Shown here: positions 54,711 to 64,000 of the stretch, piece after piece | How positions within the stretch are numbered: the first letter of the stretch is position 1 | Layout of the letters: each line of letters opens with the position of its first letter | Source: Balamuthia mandrillaris | Taxonomy: Eukaryota | DNA length: 64,000 bases | Direction of reading: 5' to 3' | Assembly: GCA_031835245.2 (NCBI GenBank) | Contig: JAVKOQ020000001.1 | Coordinates: 434,001 to 498,000, forward strand | Notes under the pieces: model-generated | What the model was told of the DNA's origin: nothing | The model's database searches: none | The model's input: only the letters and a program-made list of their open reading frames with translations | Translations under genes and position numbers: made by a program

Positions 54711-55197
54711 GGTGTCTTTGTTTTCCCCTGTTCTTTTTTTTAAATTTTTGCACGAGTGGAGAAAAAAAACGTAAGAGACAGAAAGAGACAAGACCAGAGA
54801 GAAGTGTGAGGTAACCCAAAAAAAAAAAAATCTCACCGTCGATGAATCGAACGTTTTCGCTTCTTCTTTTCTTTTTTGTTTTTTTTTTGTTTGTTTGAAC
54901 TTTTTGTCGACAATTATTTTTCTTTGAGCAAAAGGAATTGAACCCTCAGGCCAAATTATTCGATTCTACACGTCGTCATGATAGAGGTCGACAAAAATAT
55001 AGCTACAATGAAAGAAGTGAAAAATTATGTTTTCTCCCCAATTTTTTTTTCTACCCATCTATCGGGAGGCCTTCTTGCTGGCTGCACACATCTGAGCCTG
55101 GTTGATCTTCGCGCTGAGTCCCCCTCTTCCAGCGGTTCCTTCCTCTGTTCTTTTCTGATCTGATCCATAGTCTGCGCTATTTTGTTTTTTTGAAAAA

Positions 55198-57093
55198 ATG
55201 GTTCTCTCTCTCTCTTCTCTCTCTTCTCTCTCTCGAAAGGGATCCTTAGGCGGTGCTATCTAACCATTATCCCTCTCTCTCTTTCCTTCCGCTCTTGATC
55301 CAAAGAATTCTCTCAACCGGGCGCAAAAAGACAAAGTGAGAAACTTTGTCGTGTTCACCAACACGAGGTCCGTTACCTCCTTTCTCTCTTCTTTTTTCTC
55401 TCTTTTTTTTTCCACCTTCTCTTTTTTCTCCGTATCCTCCTTGTGCTTGTTCTTGTTCTTCTTCTCTTCTTCTTCATCATCGTCTTCCTCACGCCATAAC
55501 GTTATGCTCAAACCCTTTACGTGCGCACCCAAAGCGAGGAGCTGGCTATAGAGGTGCTCAAACAAAATAGTTGGGAATTGGAGGCGGCAGTGGACAACTA
55601 CTTCACCAACCCTTCCCAATACTCTGTCCCTGTGACTTCCTCTGCAACTGGCGCTATTGACCCCACAAAGATTGACCAACTGTTTGCCTACTTTGCAGGT
55701 TCCTTGCCGTTGTTCTTGTTTTGCCTTGTCTTATTCATTTTCTTTGCATTTGCCATTGTCCTCCTCTCGTTCTCTCTTCTCTCTTCTCTCTTCTCTCTTC
55801 TCTCTTCTCTCTTCTCTCTTCTCTCTTCTCTCTTCTCTCTTCTCTCTTCTCTCGTTCTCGTTCTCGTTCTCGTTCTCGTTCTCGTTCTCGTTCTCTCTTC
55901 TCTCTTCTCTCTTCTCTCTTCTCTCTTCTCTCTTCTCTCGTTCTCGTTCTCGTTCTCGTTCTCGTTTTTATTATTTCTTGTAAATAGACCCAGAAGGTGA
56001 GGTAATCGGAGAGGGAGGAGGTATGGAGCGGCTCTTCAAGGAGCTTGCCGTGGATCCCGAAGACATTGTAACGCTCATACTTGCATGGCAACTGAAAGCT
56101 CAGTCCTTGGGCGAGTTCACACGAGAGGAATGGCGAGAAGGCCTAACCTATCTCAAGTACGTTTTTTTTGTCTCTCTCTCTCTCTCTCTCTCTTTTGTGT
56201 TGAGCATGGTTGCTGTCTTAAAATGAAACGTAAATGGGAGCGAAATGGAGTTGTTTATTTTTTACAAATGTTTATTTATTTGCTTCTTTCATGTAGATGC
56301 GATACAGTTGCTAAGTTGAAGGCTAAGCTACCTTCGCTGCGAGCACTGATCAACGATGAAAATTCCTTTAAGGACTTTTACAACTTTGTGTATTCCTACG
56401 GCAAAGAGGCTACACAAAAATCGCTTGGTATAATCTCTGTCTCTTTCTTCCTTTACACCTTTCGGTTTCTTCTTTCACTTTCCGTCGTTTCTTTCATGAA
56501 CTCGAAACATTGGAAGTAATGCTTAACAAACCTTATCGTTTTTTTCTCTCCCTTCATAGACTTGGAGATGGCCATTGCTCTGTGGAAACTAATCCTTAAA
56601 GACCGTTTTCATTTCCTGGATATGTGGATCGAATGGTTGGAGGTATGTATCGCAGAAAGCGAGTGAGAGGGAGAGAAAGTTTGTAATTCACTCATTTCCT
56701 TTCTCTTCTTCTGTGTATGTGAAGAAACATCACAAGCACTCCATTTCCAAGGATGAATGGGCGTTGCTGCTAGACTTTGCAAAGACCATCAACAAAGACA
56801 TGTCCAATTATAATGCTGAAGGTTAGTACAACCCTTTTAATGCTTCTTCTCTGTAGTTCTCTTCTTTGAGTGAGAAGAGAATTCGAAACCCTCCTCTTCA
56901 ACTGACTGATGGCTATTTATTTGAAACGCAGAGGCATGGCCTGTTCTAATCGATGAGTATGACTTTTCTTCTTCTGCTCTTTTTCCTTGCATCAAATAAC
57001 TTGTTTTAACTCATCTTCTCTCCCTCTCCTCTCTCTCTCTCTACTTTATGATAAAGTTTCGTGGAGTATGGAAGAGAGAAGCTTAGCGAATGA
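55198..57093 (+). CDS. DCN1: DCN1-like neddylation co-E3 (UBA-like plus PONY/cullin-binding domain)
   Basis: QKDKVRNF...WELEAAVDNYF, LILAWQLKA..LGEFTREEW, FKDFYNFVY, QKSL, AWPVLIDEFVE. Confidence 0.92.
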
Positions 57094-57410
57094 TTTCCCT
57101 TCTCCCCCAAACATTGCCCTTCTGAGCGACCATCCAAATAAAAGTTGAACGAAAGAAACTTTCTCTCCCTTCCACTCCGTTGTTCTCCTCCTCTTCTTCT
57201 TATGTTTTTGTGTGAGCAGAGAGACGTGATAAACTTCCCCATGGTGGCACGTGGAAGCAAATAGCGTTTCGAAAACACGTGGCATTTCACCACTCTTAAA
57301 AAATTCTAAGAAACGTTTGGTCTTTTTTTTTGTGTTTAAAACACGTGGGCAAAGGACCAGTTATTCTCTTACTCAGTAAAACAAGTATAAACAAACTAAA
57401 GTCTATACCA

Positions 57411-58019
57411 ATGTACCACATGGTCACGTTCTTGGTTCTGCCTGCCCTCTTTCTGGGTTTGTACCGACCGCCCCTCTTCTTGGGTTTTTTTTTTTGTCAC
57501 GGCTTATAACCCCATTACTCTGTCATTCACTTGCTCCCTGTAGGAGGCGCCAATGCATATTTTAACGAAGTGGATTACCTCGACTGTGGGAGTTGTGTTT
57601 CGGAGCCCATGGGCAGTTGGGGTTGGTGCAGCTCCAGCAAAAATTGTATCAAAGTGGGAGGTACGATGCTAATATAGTGTTCTCTCTCCCTCTCCCTCGC
57701 TTGTCTCGTTCTCCTCTCTTGTTATTCTCCTCTCTCTCTCTCTCTCTCTCTCTCAAACAATATTCGTGTAGAACATTGTTCGGGGACATTGTACAGGTTA
57801 ACCTTAGAGTGCGAACAGGCGGCAACCAATGGACTTCTTTACCAGATCTTCTTGGTCGTGACAGTGATCGGTTCTGTGGTTGGCTTCGTGGTTGTAGTGA
57901 GCCTCTACCTGTCCTGTTTGGTTGCCAGCCGCAAACCACCTCAACCCCAACCCCAGTCCCAGCCACATTTTCAGGCACAACCTCCGATGTATTCTTACAC
58001 TTCCGTCAGCGACCCTTAG
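57411..58019 (+). CDS. Small type I membrane protein with a PSI-like Cys domain (PTTG1IP-like architecture)
   Basis: Spliced product has a signal peptide, DCGSCV....WGWCSSSKNC...C...C, a TM helix and a PPMY tail. Confidence 0.6.
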
Positions 58020-58435
58020 CATTGACTCGCAGACACGTTTGGCTGGCACAGAACAGTTTCGTGCCTTTGTTCTATTTATACGGGTTTCTGTTCTATATAT
58101 ATATATATTATTATTATTATTATTATTATTATTACTTGCAACGAAGCAACTCTTTGAGAAAATGCAATGCAGACGAAGGGTGTAGAACCTGCGCGTAGAA
58201 CGGAGCATGGAGAGGAGAGGAGAGGAGAGAGGAAAGAGAGGAGAGAGAGATTTGTGGAGGAGAGAGGAGAGGCGAGAGAGGAGAGAGGAGAGGAGAGAGC
58301 ACAGAAAAGGAAAATTTTTCGATGGAATTTCACAGATTGTCCGCATTAATTATTGATTATCGACAAAAAAAAGATTAACCCAAAAAAAAAATGAAAGAAA
58401 AGAAAAAAAGAGAGAGAGAGTAACGCCGCGCCCGA

Positions 58436-60204
58436 ATGGAAGACGACTTTGAGCAGCCTTCCAGAGGAAGGAGGGTGAGCCTCTGGACCCAAGTCCAACG
58501 AAAGCTCATTCAGCTGCGCTACGCCCCTCCGCGTGAGCAGCTCAAGTACCTCCTCCTCTTCCTCCTCCTTTCCTTCCTCGTCATCCTCTACATCTCCCTC
58601 TCCTTCACCGCCGCCCCTCCCTCTGCTACCTCCTCCTCCCACACTCCCCCTGGCACGGCTGTCGTGCTGGAAGGGGGCCATGCCCTCACCTTTCGCTACG
58701 ACAATGCCAGAACGGGCGTGGCTTCCCCTCAGGCCACCTCCGGCTACACCGTCACGCTGCGCGAGCGGATGAAGCGTAAAGGCTGGTCCCTGCTGCCGAC
58801 GTTCGACCTGTTCGCCCCCTCCAACGCCCCCAACGGGGCTGCTGGTGGGCCGGGCGAGGAGCTGACCCTCTACACGAAGGACTGGGAGACGCCACGGCTG
58901 AACTATGACACCTACAGCGCCTCCAAGTCCAGCCCTGCCGTTGTGGATGATGCCATCTACATTGGCACTGACCGTGGCACCCTGCTTGCTGCCTCTCGTG
59001 CAACTGGCGAGGTCACTTTTGCTTCTCTCTCTCTCTCTCTCTTTTGTCTTTGGCTAATGCTCGGCGACAATGAAGGTGTTATGGGAGTATCAATGCAAGC
59101 ATCATGCCAAGGGCATTCACGGCACTCCCACTGTCGATGGAGACATGGTTTACATCGGAGGCTACGATGGTCACATGTATGGCATCGGCAGGCATGATGG
59201 AGAGCTCGTGTGGGTGAATAAAGTGGGAGGCTCCATTGGCGCCTCGTCGTTGGTCTTTAAGGACACGCTCTTGATTGGAGTGGAGGTCTACAGAGGTCAA
59301 TCTGGCGGATGGCTCATTGGCTTGGATAAGAATACTGGCATTGAAAACTTTAGATCGCAACTTCTTGGTACTCTTGTTCTTGTTCTTGTTCTTCTTCTTC
59401 TTGTTCTTCTTCTTCTTCTTCTTCTTCTTCTATACTCCGTGCCATTACCTCTGTCTAATCCTTATCTAATCTGTTTTTTTACATATGCTGGTTGTATCAG
59501 ACGATTTCTGTCACTCGAGCCCAGCGTTTGATGAAGAGACGGGGCTGGCCTTTATGGGTGACAACAGTGGCTTGTTATCATGCTGGAACGTTACTGCCCA
59601 CTTAAAGTCTGGCGATACTAGCAATCCTCAGGTTTGTTTTTCTCCATTCCTTCTTTCTTCTTCCTTTTCTAATTACTTCTTCTTTTCTCTTCTGTCTCGT
59701 AGCCAAACTTTTGGGACAGAACTATCCAAGCGCCAAGAGAATGGGAGTTTAAATCTCTCAACAACTACGGCAGGGGCAAGCATGGAGACATCAAGTCTAC
59801 TCCAATGGTTTATCGCGACCTCGTCTACTTCACCTCCTGGGACAGGAATATCTACGCCCTCAACAAATTTACTGGAAAAATGGTTTTCTTCTGTGCTTTT
59901 TTGTTCCTTTCTTCTTTTCTCTGCTTCTTTGCTGCTTTGTTTATGTGTTTGCCTTTTCTCATTTTCTTATATAAACAAACGAACAAAACAGGAATGGCAC
60001 TACAAAACAAAAGGATCAATAATGTCATCGCCAGCCATCGATCCCACGCGCAACTTGGTGGTGGTCGGCAGCAGCGATCAATCCATCTATTGCTTGGATG
60101 CACGGACAGGGGCGCTGCGCTGGTCCATCCCTACCGATGGTGGCATCATGTCCAGCGCTACCATTCTCCCACATGAAGGCGTTGCCATCATAGGTTTGCT
60201 TTTC

Positions 60205-60254
<50 letters not shown>

Positions 60255-60478
60255 GCTAAACGTTTGAGCAACAAACAGGATCAGGAACATCAAGGAACGA
60301 TTGGTCGGCGAGCGGAGGAGGAAGAGGCATTTGGATCGTCGACATCGAAACCGGACAAGTGCTCCAGACCTTGACTCTCAGGTCCGGTCTCACGGGAATG
60401 CCGGTCGCCGTTCGTTCCAACTTATACGCCTTTGATCACTTGGGTTATCTTTATTCTTTCTCTTCGCAAATTGTTTAA
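58436..60478 (+). CDS. Type II membrane protein with PQQ-like/BamB-type beta-propeller repeats
   Basis: TM anchor, FRYDNARTG, and repeated SSPAV..IYIG..DG..YA...TG...W units. Confidence 0.82.
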
Positions 60479-60544
60479 ACAGTTTTTAAGTTGTTTGTAG
60501 AAAAAAAAAGTTATATTCGTTTTTTTAATAGGGTGTTTTTATTT

Positions 60545-62641
60545 TTAAGCGAGATAATTGTAAAGAGAGGCATTCTTGGAGTCACGTTCTAAATAGTCGC
60601 GATCGATTAAGCTTTCGATTCGCTTCTTCACATCAGCCGGCTTGTGTTATTGTTTGAAGAAAAGAGGTTCAAAGTCAGAAATACAGAAAACATAACAGAA
60701 AGTTAAAGAAGAGGCAAAGAACCTTGAGAGGGAATTTGAGTTGTTGATAGAGCTCAGACATGAGGAGGTTGTGAGAGAGCGTCTTTCGCATTTTCATGAT
60801 GCGGACGATGGCGGCGTCGATCTGGTACTGTCTGTCCTGGAATACGCTCTCTTTGGTTTTGGTGTTCTCCTCCTCCGTTTCCTTCATTTGGATGGAGTTT
60901 ATCTTTATGCGGTATAACTTTTGGCGGAACTCTTTGTTGTAATGGAAGACATCTTCTTTCTCAACTTCTTTTCCCTTTTTATTTGTTTGGTTAGAGTAAG
61001 TAAAAAGAACCGCGTAAAGAAAAAAGAGAAATGAAAAGAGAGAGAGAGAGAGAGAGAGAGAGATCAAACCTTTGGACGCTTCAAAAGCACTCGCACACGA
61101 CCGCAGGCTAAAGACTGCAATGTGCGCTTCAGCTCCTTTTCCTCCAAGCCAGTAGCTTCCGCAATGTCAGCATAGCTCATCGCCTCTGTATCATTGAACA
61201 ACAACAAAATGACGGTCTGAAAGAGAGATACGGAGAGCTCCTTTCTTCCTTTAGGAAAGGCTGCCCGGAGAGTGCAGGACCCCAAAGAATTTTGCCAGAG
61301 CAACCGTCGGCCGCTGTATTTGCTGGTGTAGAACTCACGAAAGACTTCTTGGCAATGAGAGAGCTGCTGAGGTAGTTTTATTTCGATGGGAGTGTAGGCC
61401 GGCCAGCAACCTGTTGTGAGGACGTGCACGTTCAACTCAATTTCTTTGCCGAGTTGTTCCATATGTTTCGCCGACTGTTTGTGTTGGGTAAAAACGAAAA
61501 AAAATAAATAAACGCAAATCATAACAATGAAGAAAGGAACGATAAAGAGCAAAACAAAACAAAACAAAGAAAAACGTACTTGACGGAAAGAGTTCATGAT
61601 GTCTTTGGAGAGCTCAACGTCTTTGAACATGCCCTCCAGTTTGCTGGTGAAAACGCTGCCGCACTCGATCTTTAGTTTGGAGACCATCGACTTTTCGGCA
61701 TCGATGGAGGCGCTCTTGTTAAGAAGGAGACGTTTGGCCAAGTCTTTCTTGTAGAACGCCTCAAACACATCTTTGCCATTCAAGTAACGGAATATAGTCA
61801 CAACTTGATCCATCAATCCGTCCAACTCTTCCTCCGAAGCAGCCTTGACATAATAATTTTTTAAAAAAAGAAAACGAACAAAGAAAGTGAGTAAAATGAG
61901 TTTTTAAACAATAAAAATGACACTGTACCTTATTTCCAGAACGCAACTTTGAGTCCACAAATTTCGCTATCAACTCAGCCGGTCGCGTCCGACGAACGTT
62001 TACAAAGGCCTCGAACGCTTCCTTGACCGCATGCGTAAAGCTCGGCTCATCTCTGAATGCCTGATGAAGGATCAACATGAGCTTCGCCCTAAAGTCCAAC
62101 AGTCTTTGCACCATGAGAGCGTCTCTCTCCTCATCCATGACAATATCCGTTCCTGCAGATTTGATGTAGGCTGTCCACGCCGTTTTCAACTGAGGCAGTG
62201 CTTGTACGCGTAGGAAGAGGGAGTACATGCGTGTCAAATCCTCGCGACGGTCGTTCTCGAGGAGGAAGTTGGTGCCTTTAGCGATGAGAGTGTCGACGTG
62301 AGCAGCGATGAGCTGTTTTTCCACGACAGAGATAAGGGGTCGCTTGGTGACCTCGCTGAGGTAGTGCTGAATTCTTTGTTCTTCGTGGCGAAGTCTTTCT
62401 TCTACATGTTTGAGATAGTCTGCCGTCTGTTGAGGGAGAGGGAGAGGAGAGAGAGAGAGAGATAGAGAATGAGTGACTGAGATCGGAGGCTGAAGGATGA
62501 AGATAGTAACCTCCATATCGAGAATGCATTGTGATCCCTCTTTAGCGTAGAAACTTTCGCTTGCTCTTAAAAATACTGGTTCCAATTCTGTCATATATAT
62601 CTATTGAGGAACCAAAGTCAATAAGTGTTTTAAAAAAAGTT

Positions 62642-62672
<31 letters not shown>

Positions 62673-63514
62673 GAATCGGTTTTTTAAAGTGTGGGGTTCA
62701 AACCTGAAGAGCAATAAACATGTCGGAGAGAGACTTCAAGAGCATCCGATCTACTGTTTCTCCCAACCTCTCCTTCTCTATCAGCGTTAGTATTCCGGAT
62801 ACTACTCTGCCTTTGACTTGAGGATGAACAGCAATGTGGTCTCTGAATTGATTTAGGCCCATGTCCCTGTGTTTTTCAAAAGAAACACAACCAAAAAGGT
62901 GTAAGTTAAAAGAAGACCAAGAAAATAATAAGAACAAGAAGGAAATAGGAAAAGCAATACCATAGGGAACACACCTCCGCGTTTTGTAGCACATAAGTAC
63001 GGTCCAAATACAGAAAAATGCTTCGTATAAACAACTTTTTTAAAAGAGAATGTAAGCAATGTGAATGGGCCATAGCAAGGAATACAAAAGATGAAAGGAG
63101 TTACACGAGTTCACGAAATAACAAAAGGCGATTTTTAAAAGAAAAACACTAACCATGTTTGCACAGTGGTCCTTCCAGCAATTATTTACAAGATAAAGAA
63201 ACGACCCCTCTAATTCAAGCTGTTGGCTATTTTGTGCTTGTCTGAAAGGAGAGAGGGAGAGAGACAGCGAAGGATTAAGTGAGTTGAGATGAATAGGGAA
63301 TTATTTCGGCTGAGGAAATAACAACGAGAGAGAGAGAGAACGAGAGAGAGAGAGAGAGAGAGAGAGATACTTACGCTAACAAACGGGATAGCACTTCTTG
63401 AACGTGAAGCTTGCATTCCGCTTCTATCTTTTTGTACAAGGAACCTCCCAACTTATTTGAACACAAATTCTCTGTCGCCTAGATGTATACAGAGCAGCAT
63501 ACCATCCATATCAG

Positions 63515-63556
<42 letters not shown>

Positions 63557-64000
63557 GACCTTGTACAACTCCTCTTCTCCATAGTGAACGGGCTGCTTTT
63601 TATGAACGGCTTGCACTGCCAACTTCAACTTCTCCCACGTTGTTTGCTCAAAATCCTGTGGCAATTGAGGCCGCACTGCATGTTTTCGTTTTAGCTTTTT
63701 AATCAACGCACGAAGAAATGAGAGAAGCCGATAGAGGGAGAAACGGAGAGAAACGGAGAAGAGAGGGAGAGAAGAGCGGAGTGAGAGCACAGAGGATAGA
63801 GAAGGGAAAAGGCGGATGGAAAAGTGAGAACATACCTGAAAGGCCTTTGATGGTGAGCTTCTTAACGGGCTGCTTTCTCTGAGGGCCGTTCATGGAAGTT
63901 CGAGAGGGAGACGCAGAGCTGCCACTGGACATCATTCTGGCTTTCTTTAGGCTGGAAGGAAGCGAAGAGGGTGAAGATGAGGATGAGGATGAAGCAGCAC
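60545..64000 (-). CDS. CUL4: Cullin-4; start may be 63935 or beyond the window edge
   Basis: [76 protein letters not shown]. Confidence 0.95.

Noticed and set aside
55770..55965. Regular repeat array, considered as CRISPR-like
   Set aside because: Simple CTCTT/CTCGTT microsatellites in a DCN1 intron; no unique spacers.

Overview
This is gene-dense, intron-rich eukaryotic DNA, probably from a free-living amoeba (inferred from gene content and the CT/AG-microsatellite-filled introns). It holds about 22 host genes: a DOCK GEF, three F-box proteins, Arf, a triple-PAS kinase, ankyrin-TPR, GT61, an RGS-START-SH3-RasGAP, catalase, LAMTOR4, Ras, HGSNAT, FHA-PH, GCP3, DUF1996, CNOT10, DCN1, a PSI-domain membrane protein, a PQQ-like propeller, CUL4 and one lipid-anchored unknown. 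The standout is a ~2.5 kb non-autonomous transposon at ~47571-50088. It has ~45 bp imperfect terminal inverted repeats and an exact 11 bp flanking direct repeat (AGCCTAGGTAC). It encodes an intact Fanzor/TnpB-type RNA-guided nuclease with an unusual N-terminal C2H2 zinc finger, followed by a hairpin-rich candidate omega-RNA. Exon boundaries of spliced genes were read by eye and are approximate.
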